A stretch of 64,000 nt of DNA from contig CM022679.1 in the NCBI GenBank assembly GCA_012295275.1, forward strand, positions 24,862,001 to 24,926,000. Direction: 5' to 3'. Position 1 is the first letter of the stretch. Each line of letters starts with the position of its first letter. Below, in pieces: positions 32,536 through 46,069 of this stretch. Under the pieces are notes generated by a model that had not been told where the DNA came from, made no database searches, and worked only from the letters and a program-made list of their open reading frames with translations. Origin of the DNA: Chrysomallon squamiferum. Taxonomy: Eukaryota; Animalia; Mollusca. The position numbers were made by a program, and so were the translations under genes.

Positions 32536-35500
32536 TAATAAATAAAAAACCCAAAGAAAAAAAACTGTGTGTGTTTATATATATATATAAATTATTTTAA
32601 GTGGTTACAAGATATAATAAAATGAATGAATAAATACAGGAAAAATGTAAACCTATATATATCTAGATATACATATATATATATATATAGGTTTACATTT
32701 TTCCTGTATTTATTCATTCATGTTATTATATCTTGTAACCACTTAAAAAAATGAAAGAAATCCTTGAAAAATTAATAAATGAGCAGCAATTCAAACCCGG
32801 ATGATGTAAAATGTATAAAAGTAAGTAAACTGGCAACTCAGATCAGAACAGTAAATTTGATTTCTCTTTATCAGTTTAAAGTTTAGCTAGGGTATTTCAT
32901 TCATTTTTCAGTATTTATTTATTTATTTATTATTATTATTAATTTTTATTTATTTCTTCTTTTTTTTTAACATCACTGCACAATAATTTAACAGTAACAA
33001 AATATATTTAGGCCATTTTTCATACGGCCAAATTTACAGTTTAAATATATTTCTTTTTTGCCGTTCAATTCGGTATCAGAAGTTTAATTTTTTTTGTGTG
33101 TGATTTATATTTTTTAAGTATGTCTGCTTCTGGATGAAACATCAGTTTGGAGTGTTGTGTTCTAGAAAAGATGTACTTGATTTAGACTCCAGGTAAGTCA
33201 GTAGATATTGTGCTTTATATTTTTTAGTTACTCTTTTTCTTTTTCTTCTCCTTTTAAATATCTCTGAAATGAAGATAAAATTTAGAAACATTTTTGATTT
33301 TATTTGTACCTGACAACAGAATATAGTAAACTTCTGTTGGACAGTCTTTACACTGTCTTTTTGGTTGAAACATGTAAAACTTGAATTTGATAAATTTACA
33401 TAATATAAACTAGCGTAAATATGTAGACTAGTCTATCTTTAGGTATCTTCTGTTATTCAGTTTAAAAATGTCACATTTCATGCACAGTTTTAATAATTTA
33501 TACAATGATTATCTAAATTTAATAACTGTACAGTTTATAAACATACTTTGAAACAGTTCTGAAGGTTTGTTTCTAAATGTTTTTAACTCTTAATTTCTTT
33601 ATTTTGGTCTACACCTTTTAAAATACAAATGATGGAAGTTAAGCTTCACTTACGTCTTTAAGAAAAAAGAGAAAAACCAAAAAAAGAAGAAAATATACAA
33701 ACACATTACTTCTTTAATAAAACAAATTTGCACCTTTCCATATTGAGTTTTGAATGTAATGTCATATTTTTTATAAACATGTCTTTGTTTTTATATTACG
33801 TACACACACACACACATTTCATATTTTGTTCTCAAATTCTACATTTCTTTAATCTAATCAAACTTTTTTCTCTCAGCACAGCCAAAAAGTTCAGTCGTCA
33901 TCTAATCTTTCAGCTTGCAGATGTTGCATTTAAAGACAACATTCATGCAGGTATGAACTAATAAAACATTTATAAATAAAATAGCTGAGTTTCATAAACT
34001 TGAAATGTATTCAGGAATTAATTCCATAAAAATTAATCATTTTGTAATGTGTGATAGATGATACACTACCAATAGTTTTAATTAATTATAATATTAATAT
34101 TATTATTATGAAGGGTTAAATGCTATGTTATCAGTTAAATCTTTATTTGATTATATTATTAAATTTTTATAAAAACTAAAATTAATGTCATAATAATTTG
34201 TGATTGTAATGTGTTTATATCAAATGTCTGTGAGGGGATTTTTATTTATTTATTTTTTCTGATTTTTTTCAGGAAAATTTGTGAATCACATTTTCACAAT
34301 ACTTATGAATATAGTCACTGATCAGAAAATTGATATAAAACCCTCAGACAACAATACAAAAGAAAACTCCTTGTTAACTGATAATCAAAATTTCATTACA
34401 AAACAGTCATCTGAAAATACAAATAGTGCTGGCACAGAGAGAAAAGACTCTAAAATTTGCTGTACAGAGGAATTTAATGACGAGAATGGTGATGAGAAAA
34501 AGAAGAAGAAGGATACTAAAAGTCTTGATGAAAAACAGTTGGTAATGGCTTCCTTTACACAGGACCAGCTGAAGTCATTAGTGGTACACGGAAAGAATGA
34601 TACAGATGTGTTGTTGTGTGATTTAGGTAATCAGATTCCCAATCCAAACAAAAAAAATAAATAAGATAAATAAATTCAAAAAGGTATATAAAATAAATAA
34701 ATAAATAAATAAATAAACAAATAAAAATAAAAACAGTAAAAACTGTCATAGAAATATTTTCAATTTCAAATAATTTTTGATATTATTATTGTTGTAATTT
34801 GTTTCTGTGTTAAGTTCAGTTTCAGTCTTTGTTTTAGTTCATGACATCCATGGGTTTGACAAATTTAATTAAGTTTTATTTCATTGTTGTAGGTGTTTAT
34901 ACAAAGAATAGAAACTTTCGGCTTTACAAGTCCAGTAAACTGGGCAAGGTAAACCCACTAGAGTTGTCACATCACAACCAATATGTGATTCCAGACAGTG
35001 ATGAAAGAAATACAGACGAACAGACATTCCACAGTTCTTTTATATGTAATGTGAGGTGTGTAAAATCACTTATAAAACAATCCTTCAGATAATAACTGGT
35101 TTCATATTCGTAAAATATATCAACTCTTATGTCAAAATAAAGTATATTATACGTAGATGTATATGTACTGGTTTCATACTGGTAAAATAAAGCAAATATT
35201 GAAATAATATCTATATTAATTCTAGATCTATTTATTTATTTAATGTAAAATGAATCAATTCTCTGCCCACATAAATTGTCCTTGAAATAATAACTACATT
35301 AAGTATAGATCTATTTACTGGTTTAATCTAAAGAATTAAAACAAATATTGAAATAATACAGGGTGGCCCAGATGTAACCGAACCTGAATTGTTATGAAAA
35401 GTTACAGTTAAATGAAACAAATTTTATTTCATATAGTTACAGCAAATGTCCAAAATGCAAACCATTATTTGTAATACAGTGATGACATTGTTCAATGGTT

Positions 35501-38223
35501 GATTCAGTTACTTTTTTTTTGAGCCTGGAGTTCCCGCAGTCGATATGGGTGCAAGCCAATATCCGACATGATGCGTTGTAAAGACGATCGTGATATGCCC
35601 AGCTCTGCAGAAGCACGTCTCTTGGATTTGCGAGGGCTGTTGACGTATGATGATGCTACTAATTACTGGTTGGCAATTGTCTTCATTGTTCTTGGTGCAC
35701 CAGGTTCATACGTGTCGGCAACGTTGCCAGTTTGTTCAAATTTTTGTACCAATTCGTAGACTGACGATTTTGATGGAGGTGGTGTATCAAACGATTCATT
35801 CCAATGATCAATAACATTTTTATAACTCCTCTCCGACAAATAATAATTGTTAACAGCTAAATACGTTCTTCCAATTTTAAAGTGCCTCGTGTGTTGGCCA
35901 TGTCTGTTAAATGAAAGAGGGCGACAACGAAGACAATCAAAGAAGAAGGTTTCCGTCCTCTCTTAAATAGGCTTTGCAACACTTTCAGAGGTGATGACGA
36001 AACCAGTTAACACAGCCATGCATGTGAAGTCCCTTTACCAATTATCCCTGATATTGATTTCTTCAGTATTTCGTGAAGCAGACTTGAAATCAGTGATCAC
36101 CGATTGAGTGTTCGGGTTCGATTACATCTGGGCCACCCTGTACATTAGTATGAATTAGTTGAATTTAAGCTGTTAACTTAGATTAAATCAATGCAACCCA
36201 TTAAGTAATAATTTTGTATATGCCAGTGTAAAGTTGTATAAAGTAATTTAAAGTCATTCTTGAAATAATACATTTTTATGTTCAAATGTAATGCAAACTG
36301 TTCAAAACAAAATAAATAAAAATAATAATAATAATAATAAAAATAAAATGTTCTAAAAATTCCATTTTTCTTTTAAGATACACAAATCATTTAAGAATAC
36401 TGAATTTTGAATCCAATGATTTGACAAATAGAACTGTAAAAAGAAACAGAACCAAACAACAGAATGAAAAGGAAATGTCACTCAAAACTGGTAATTTTGT
36501 ATATTTACACCACTTTTAAAAGTTTTTTTTGTTTGTTTTGTTTTGGTTATATACAAAGAAACTTCCAGTTTGTAGTAACGATAAAAAGAAAAAAGAAGAT
36601 CAACAAAAAACAAAACAAAACAGCAACAATATAATACAGTTAATTTTAGTCTGAATGTGAATTTGTTTTTCGTAACTGGGTTTAACAACAGCAGATCTGA
36701 AATACAAATAATTAATTTTTGTTTGGAAACATTCTCTGAATAGATTAAGACTCTCTTTCAACAAATGAGGAAAAAGGTTTATTTTTGTGTGGTGTACAAA
36801 AAAACATCCAAAAAGTAAATTCAGAATTTGTTTCAGATACTGTAGAGGGCTACAGAACATCACCATATCCTGAAATTGATGCATTTGTGTCTAGTATTGT
36901 CAGTGGTGACGGTCATCAAGGTTACATCAGACACTGGACATATTTTACACACGAAGAACTTCTTGTATACGATATTGCAAAATTTCGGTTTTGTGAAAAT
37001 GTTGGTCGTGAACATAGAAGCAATAATGTTATGTGAGTTGTACAGAAATAATATTACCTAAGTAATATAACAGTAAGGTTAGGTATATTATATGGAATTT
37101 AGAGAATGTATATTAAACATTGATACTTTTTAAAGTTTTGAACAGATTTTTACAAAAAGATACAAAATAATTCAAGGTGTTACTGGTTGCAAGATATGAA
37201 ATAAATATATTTTGAATGTACCAGTCGTAGCAAGAATTACAGAAACCATGAAATTAAATAATAAATTATTATCTCAAATTAACTTTAGTATGCTGGGCTG
37301 TTTCTTGCAATAATTTGTAACCGTTTTCTTTATACTGTTGTTATCTATGCACAGTTATGTAAACTTAAGGATGTCGATAGCATCAAAAATGTTAAATATT
37401 TTAAATGTTATTTGTTATGTATTTTAGGCTGATTGTGGACATGAAAAAAGGAGTTTATTATCAGAAATGTCATGACCCAGATTGTCAAGCACAAAACTTC
37501 AAGTCACCAGGTGAGGTATTTATAACTAACAGATCTTTAAATAAATTTGTTTATTGTTAATTTTCATTTCTTATGCAGCTCTTGACAGTCACTGTAAGGC
37601 TAGAAAATATTAAAACTATATATTTTGTCACTGTTTCTGGTCACAATTTTGTTTTTTTACCCGTATTGAAATTTTAAAATATAAAGTCTGTTTTTAAGAA
37701 AAATATCTCTCTTGTACAGAAATTTTTATATTTCTAAAGTACAGTTAAATAAAATAATCTATTTCAGTTTATTTATTTATTAAATACTATAGAAAATGGA
37801 AATAAATTCAAATTAAATTAATTTATCTCTCAAACTAATACTCTTGCATTTCTTTTTATCCATCCTGTATTAATCTTACAGAGAAGAAAAAAAAAAAAAA
37901 AAAAAGGTGATAAAAATGTTAGAACTCTAATTCCATTTAGCAGTTTTAAAAAAAGTAGAAAGTTTGCAGTTTTCAAATTATTTGATTCTATTGCAGATTA
38001 TAATCTTCCTCACAACGTGTTGCCAGCACACTACTTTGATGATCTAGAGGATGCATCATCAGCAGAAGATAACTTTGATTCTGATTTTGAAGATGAAGAA
38101 TGTTTAAAGGAAGTAGAAAACATGGAAAAGTCTTTGATAACAGAGGATGAAGGGTTGAGTGACACAGAACTGCTATCAGCTGCTGAAGATCTCGAAAACA
38201 GCATTCATGAAGAGAGAAAATAA
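29377..38223 (+). CDS. PRIMPOL: DNA-directed primase/polymerase PrimPol, 14 exons, ~576 aa, intact
   Basis: Exons 29377-29417, 29678-29764, 30190-30268, 31151-31251, 31716-31762, 32312-32403, 33119-33192, 33877-33950, 34273-34626, 34893-35055, 36378-36490, 36837-37032, 37428-37510, 37997-38223 join in phase. AEP motifs: CKLYFDLEF (DxE), KFSRHLIF (SxH), DLGVYTKNRNFRLYKSSK. UL52 zinc finger: RFCENVGREHRSNN...QKCHDPDC. Acidic C-terminal tail resembles the RPA-binding region. Exon 1 is the least certain. Confidence 0.95.
32595..32748. repeat. Long near-perfect inverted repeat (fold-back hairpin) with (TA)n centre in PRIMPOL intron 6
   Basis: ttttaagtggttacaagatataataaaatgaatgaataaatacaggaaaaatgtaaacctatata is mirrored by tatataggtttacatttttcctgtatttattcattcatgttattatatcttgtaaccacttaaaa. 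Confidence 0.92.
35359..36140 (-). mobile_element. Internally deleted Tc1/mariner-superfamily DNA transposon (DUF4817-type HTH transposase remnant) in PRIMPOL intron 10
   Basis: TA|CAGGGTGGCCCAGATGTAA...TTACATCTGGGCCACCCTG|TA termini. The minus strand from ATG 35901 gives (with frameshift and stop) PPPSKSSVYELVQKFEQTGNVAD..PGAPRT and SPRKSKRRASAELGISRSSLQRIM..LHPY, then jumps to the C-terminal CITNNGLHFGHLL* (stop 35437-35439). Confidence 0.9.
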
Positions 38224-39496
38224 CCAGAAAACTGAATTTACTTATGAAATTTGCAGTCGGAGTATCATTAAAGAATAAATAATGTCACAAGGAAGGTGCC
38301 TACAAACAAGTTTATATAGTACGTAGTAAGGTAGTATTTTGTTGTGTTGCTGTTCCCCAGTGAAAACTAAAATTAAAAAACAAAAACGTAGGTTATAGTT
38401 TTTTAACATATGGGGTTGGGTTTGTATTTGATGGTTTCCATTCCTTCTGCATATGAGATAGCATGGAATAATATCGTGTTAAAGCATTGGTATTTATTTA
38501 TTGTGTTAGCTTTCTCCAAATGACAAGTCAGCAAAAAAAAAATCCAGGTTATAGGAGTTTAGTAGGTGAAGCTAGTTACTGAGTTTCCAATCTTTCTGTA
38601 TTATAAAGACAACAGATTATAATGCTTTGTTAAAGCACTGGTAAAGTGGCAACATGACAGTCATCAAGAGAATGGAGTAATTTTTATCTAAAAATAAAAT
38701 ATTCTTGAACAAAGGCTTTGTATAAGAATACAAAACAATTAAAATCATTAAAATAATACATTACTCATTTCTAATCTTTATGCTTTATTGTAAAATAAAT
38801 ACATATATTGCACCTTTTTATTTTATTTTTTACTAAATTGCATTTGAACAAACGTATATAATGTACAGCTCACGTGGGGCTGACTATATAGATATATCTT
38901 ACAATATATTTTTTAATTTTTTTTTATTTATTTAATATATTTTTTATAATTATATACAAAATAAAAATGCATTACTCAAATAAATATTCTGTTATTGATG
39001 TACTGAAACAGGGGATTCTTAATAACTTTATCAAAAATTGTTTATTTTTAAACAGGAGAACTTCATGAAACACTTTTGTTCAGTTGTTAGGAAAACTGTG
39101 CTATACAAACAAAATCAGTTGAAGATTCAGAAATCTTCAGGACACATCCACTCCAGGAAGAGAATTTGTTTTTAAAGATTTGTGTACAAAGCAACTTTTT
39201 TATGGATCAGAACATTAAAACTGCTCAATAGATGATTCATCAAACAGGCACAATTATTAATTACTTACAACTCTGACTGATTATTTTATCTTGGGAAAAA
39301 TGTTTATGAAAGAATAGCTCAAGCTTTAATACTGTGCATTCCAAGTAGATAATCATAGTTTATTGGAGAATAGAGGATATTTGTAAGTATATTAATTGAT
39401 ATAACTTTGTTCATGTAAAAGAGTAAAACAAATAATAATCTTATTAAGAAGAATAAAACCACCAAAAAATGTATCTGTTGTAAAAGTAGTTCAAAC

Positions 39497-42318
39497 TTAA
39501 GCAGAAGCATCAAAGAATTTCTCCAGAAGCTCTCCCACTTGTTCCTCTGTGTATTTTATGTATTTCTGAGGGTTTCTTGTGAAGTTGACATTCTTGAACT
39601 TGTTGAGAAATATTTGATATCTGAGAAGAATGTATTTCTTATTGTCCTGTATTAGCGACTGTCGCAGCTCTGGATCAGGAATGGCATATCCCTTCTGGAT
39701 GCGATAGATTTCTTCAAGCTCTTTGTTGAAGCCCTGAAAATAACATCAGTTTTTATTTAGTTTCACAAATCATCATCCAAAATAAATATGAAAAAGTTCT
39801 CAAAGTTAAATAACCATTAGATGCATGTATTTGATATGATTGAAACATTATAAAAATGGCTGGGCTAATTACCAAATATCTTTAAATATGAAATTAACAC
39901 ATTTCTTCATATGCCTTTCCTGGAATGATAATAACCTACAAAGTTATGCCAGTAAAAAGTTTTGGTTTCTAAAACTTGGACCGATTTCAACTGACAGTAT
40001 AACTGCTGGTATATATATTTATGTATCTGTACTACAACAATATTGTAAGCACATATGTTTAATCTTACCGTGAACTTATCTTTGATGTTTTGCTTATCTT
40101 TGTCCTTCAGCTGAAAAAAAAAAGAAGATTAAACAATGTTACTCATGAAAACAGAATAATAACAGATAACTGGATGACCCAATCCAGTATGTATCAATAA
40201 ATGTTGATGCAAGTGATTGTGTAATAATATCTCTGAAAACAAACATGGTATTTAATACTGAAAGGTCTTACAACTTTTGGTACTAAAATGTATACTCTTT
40301 GTTCACAGATACATGGTTTTGTTTATATTTATTTTGACTTGGTATATTTGACGGAATAGGTAATAATAGTGTTGTTAATATTATAAAAAGTTTTGCCAGT
40401 GAATAGAGTACTGTGTGGTCCTACAGTGAGAAAAACAGTTACAGTACCTTTACAACATCACCCTGTGTTCTTTGAAGAGATATAGGCTTGTCCACCTCCA
40501 TTATGAAGTGCAAAACTTTGTTCCAACTACAATATTCAATAAATTGCAATAAAAAAAAATTAATTCACTTTTAATTTCTGTCTGAATAAAAGCATTGTAA
40601 TAGTTCTGTGATGTAAATTGTTTTTGTTTTTTTTATTTTAAAAGGGATGACTACATCACACTTGGTACATTTAACCCTGTTTGTGAGTAGGTACATTTAA
40701 AAAAAGAATTCCTGTTTCTAAATTGTAAGAATTTCCAAGTAAACTGATTATACATAAAATAACTCATTAATTTCTTGTGCTATTGTTAAACATTCATTAA
40801 TCACCTAATTTCTAGCTGCAGAATGACAAGAAATAAATAGATTCTTATTTAACAAACATTACTATAATTTAAAAACCTATCATATAATAATAATATGTTC
40901 ATTAAAGAATAGCATACTGGCATATGTATAAAATTATAGTTAGTGAGCATCTCATGGTGGCAAGAAAACTATCTTAGGTAATTATGTTATGCAGAAAGGT
41001 TTAAAAAAATAAATAAAAATTCAGTAGATGAGGTGTTGATTCATCTCACTTGTCTCACCTCTCTGAGTAACTGCGTTTCTGCTCTATAATCTGCTCCTCG
41101 TAATACTCTTCAACTTTTGGATTCCACTCCAGTAAGAGCTGTATCAACCCAGAACTAAAATTATAAATAGACATTGAGTAATGCAGCTGACTAATTAAAT
41201 TATTACTCATAAATTAAAACTTAGCCTAAAAAATTTGTATTGATATTGGTATTTATTTATGTACAAATTTTTAATAAAATAAATGTTCCATGATTTCATA
41301 TTAATTTCAATATAATTAGACTTTAAGAACACCAGTCACTGATTTGCATACATTTCTTTTAATGACAGAATTTTGTATGTTTGCATTTTGAAACAAAAAG
41401 GAAAACATACCTCTTTAGAGATTTGAGAATGTAGTTGCTGTTGTTTAACATAAATATAGGTTTCAGAGCTGGGTCACTGTATGTCTCTGCCTTGTTGCTG
41501 AGATTCAAGCCAAGAGCAGATAACACACGAGCTGAAATAAAACACACAATATAGTTAGTTAAACTCCATTGTCAAATTCATATTTACAGTCCAGTATAAT
41601 CACATGTTAAAGGACTTGGACATAAAAATATGTATAGTCAGAAAATAAAAAAATATGTTGTCACTGTTGAATTTATAATGCCAGTTTCTTACAATCATGT
41701 TATAAAGGACTTGCTTTAGAATTTTCAGGACAGAACTGTCTGCTTATTAATGTCTGTGGTATGCACAGCTTGTGCATAAGTATATATGTTGTTAGAATAT
41801 GAAAAAATAATGCAGTCACAGAAGAATGTATATTGGCAGTCTATTATAATCATGTGATAAAGCACTTCTGTTATAAATTTTGGAATACAACTGTTTACTT
41901 ATTAAGATATGTGATTAAGAAAGCTGTGCTAAGAACACACATTATCAGAAGGAGAAAATGGAATAGATTTTTTATTTTTTTATTTGTTCTTTACATTGTG
42001 TTTTGTTAATTTATTGTTACAGTTTAGTATTTTAATCTATCAAACTTACTCATGTAATCAGCTACTTTCATTCTGCACGTCTCAAATGTAATTTCCTGTG
42101 ATGATGGTGCAGCCTGTTCTCCTGTTAAAACAAATTCATACAAGTTTATAGTTGCAGTGTGACAGGAGAATGGGGACTGATAAATAACTAATGAATGTAA
42201 ATTTAATTCTGTCATTTAAAATCAGCTAAAACATCTCTAGATATCACTGATCTGAAAAACACACACACACACACAGACACGACAGGTATATGTGAATAGA
42301 ATATAATATGTAGGTGTG

Positions 42319-42355
<37 letters not shown>

Positions 42356-45300
42356 GCTATATATATACATTTATTATTATTGTTTATTATCATTATTATT
42401 ATAATTATTATTATGTCTGTGACTATATCTTATGCATTGTCCATTAACTGGCCATCATAGAGAAGTATTTATATATTATTTTTACCATGCATTAGTAACA
42501 TAGCTCCTGCAGTTAATGCATATTCTTGAAGTTGCTGTAGAAATATCAAAGTCTGAAAACAAAAGTAATAATTAGATTTTCTCCATTTAGCAGATTTAAA
42601 AAAACAACAACAGTGCAACAACATAGGGTTCACTTTTTAAAAAAGATATTAAAAAGTAATTAAAAAGTTTGTATTAACTATCCCTTTATCTGTTTAACAA
42701 GTACAACACAGAAATTTGTATTAATTTCAACTTCAGCTCTGCTGAATTGTGTTGTAAACTATAAGTGCGCTGTCATATATATCAACATAATTTCACACAA
42801 CATGGTTTTCTATATTCTTCTGAATAGTCTTACTACTACTGGGTTGAGGCACTGGTATTTGCTGCAGCGGGTGAAAAACTGAAATACCAAAAGGTATCTG
42901 AAATACCTGAATGCCTAAGGGCCCTGCTATGTGTTAATGTGGCCTTATTTAAACATTAAAAGTAAGAAAAGTAAAAAAAAAAAACTACTGAATCCAAAGA
43001 TGTTGTAGAACTAAAAGGTATTATATTATAAAACATACATGATTTGTCAGTTCGTGTACTGTTCCATCTCTTGGCATGTTTGAAGCTTTATCTGGATCTT
43101 GCTGCAAAAAAAAAAAGAAAAAAGAATGGTTTGAAAATCACCTTTCATAATCAAGGGTATATACTTTAAAAAGTATCATGTAATTAAAGAAAAAAATACA
43201 AATAGTGTTCCTTCTTGCTTTTTTAAATATTTTCTAAAGTAAATATACTCCCATATAAAAATAATCTTCTCTTTTGAAAACATTTTATTATACCATGTTT
43301 CTTCCAAAGATTATTTTATGAGCTACATTATTTACATACGATTATTATCCCAAATCTCTTTCACCATCCTCACAACTAGACCCAATAACAAATATTTGGA
43401 CTTAAATAAGCCATAAAGGTATGTATGTAACTAATGTAGACATATTTTACAGTCTATTACATAAAAAAATAACCCAGTGATGTGCTATTAGAAATATTTT
43501 AACATATATGAAGCTATTATCACCTTATATATGTATAAATATATATTTAATAATTATGTCATAACTTACTCTCACACTGTCTGTGAATTCTTCCAGAGCT
43601 TTTGCTCCCTGAATAGGAAAATATAAAAATTACAAATAGATCACTCACGTCATTTTTGGAAAAGATAATATAAATGACATTATCTTTGACCATAAATAAA
43701 AATAATATGTATAATATGTATGTTTCAGTTTATAAAACAAAAATATAAAAATTAAAAAAATTAATAATATGCCCATGTGGAAATCGGACCAAATTTGTTT
43801 GAGAAAATATATGCTATGATACTAAAGTTTGATTGAAATTGAAAATGGAAACACTTTTTATTTTCTTCTGACATTATTTATTATGAGCTGGGTGACTTGT
43901 TTGGATTTGTGTATCAGATATCTTGGATAAACATTAAACATATTCTATAGATAAACAGATTTTTATAATCATTTTAATTAACTTTCTTTTTATTATTACC
44001 ATCATCATCATCATTATTCTTATTAATAATAAATCAATGATGTGGCTTATTCCAACTGACATTTATTTTCTTATGAAGATACTTACAGTGCTGTCCAGGG
44101 TTGAAAGAAGTGATGCCATTTTTGCTCTTGTAGGTGCTTGACAACCCTATAAAAAATATAACATATAGTATTTTTTCTTTTGTTTCTTTCTTTTCCTTTT
44201 CATGTAAATTATTACTTATTGTTTGTTTCTAGATTGCATGTTTTATAAAATGAAATGAAATATTACATTAGATCTTGATTTTTTTTCAATTTTCATTTTG
44301 CTGCTTATGGAATTACATTTACCTCTAAAATCAGATCAAATTCAGGCTTGATCATTCTAAGATGTCTGACAATTGGAAATATGGACAAAACAGCTCCAAA
44401 TTCTCTCCGACCAATATTTTTCCTAGCCGAAGTGGCTAGAAGCTAAAAAAAAAAGGATGCAGTGTACTTTCTGGTTGTATTTTTTTATAATTTTACAATT
44501 ATTAAATATTTTCCTTGGATTCCATAGTAAACATGCTATATTTTGTCTCAGTCAATTAAAAAATAATAATAATAAAAATAACAAACAAACAAAAAAATTA
44601 AACAACCAAAAAAAAAAACATTTAATAAGAATATCTTTTTTGTTTACTTTTCTCCATTTTTCACAATAAACTCGACTAATTATTATTTCCTTTTCTTTCC
44701 ATTTAGTAATAAATTAGATTACATTATAGATAATATATAAATTATACAATTTAGCATAAATCTAGGTTAGCTTCATTTCTGGGGTTTTTTCTACATATTT
44801 AATAATTTCCTTTTAATGTTTTATACAAAATTCACAAATTAATTTTTCTCCATTTTTTAATACAATAAATTTGATTTTCAGTAAATATTATAACTACACA
44901 GTTTGGTATTATTTTTATTGGATTAGCTACTCCGTTTTATACAAAATATGTGACTAAAATCTGTAAATTTTTTGTGAAAATCTAAGTTTTCTTCTTTTTT
45001 AAAGTGTTAAAATACATACCTCTCCCTCACTGACCACCATCTCCAAGGCCTGCTGTACAATGTTATCAAAGACCATTCTCTGATGCTTTTCTGGAATGAT
45101 TCCACTCATGAGATTGAACTCACTCTGAAACAGTACAGTAAGTGAAACTTCTCATGTTATAATTATAATTCCCAGACAGAAGAATCAATTAATACTTCTT
45201 AGATGAATCATTAATACTTCTCATTTAAGTAGATTCAATTAATATTTCTCAGAAGAATCAACAGTATTTCTTAGAAAATCATTACTCCTAAGAAGAATCA

Positions 45301-45747
45301 ACAATATTTCTCAGAAGAAACAGTACTATCTATATAAACACATGCTGTAGCTCATTGTAATTAATTTGGTGCAAGTGGCAAAGAGCAACTAGCAATTTTA
45401 TATAAAGAAACTTCACACTGATAAATTATACCTGCATTAGTTTAAGTAAAGCTGTTAACTCAGCAATATATAAATCAGTTTCAGTGTCAAATATTTCTTC
45501 TTTGGTGGTGTCAGTGTTTGAAGCCTGGCGTTTATGTCCTTAAAAAATAAAAAATACAACAAAACAAAATAATATATATATGTATATGTATATATATACA
45601 CATATAGATATGTATATGTATATGTATATACATATACATATATATGTATGTATATGTATATATATATACATATATATATGTATATGTATATGTATATGTA
45701 TATACATATACATATACATATCTATATGTATATGTATATGTATATAC

Positions 45748-45792
<45 letters not shown>

Positions 45793-46033
45793 TGTATATG
45801 TATATACATATACATATATATATGTATATGTATATATATATACATATATGTATATATGTATATATATATACATATATGTATATATGTATATATATACATA
45901 CATATATGTATATGTATATACATATATATATATATGTATATGTATATATATATACATATATATATATATATGTATATATATACATATATATATGTATATG
46001 TATATGTGTATATATATGTGTATATATATATAA

Positions 46034-46069
<36 letters not shown>

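Noticed and set aside
35568-35759. Plus-strand ORF MMRCKDDRD...
   Set aside because: It is the antisense shadow of the minus-strand transposase remnant.
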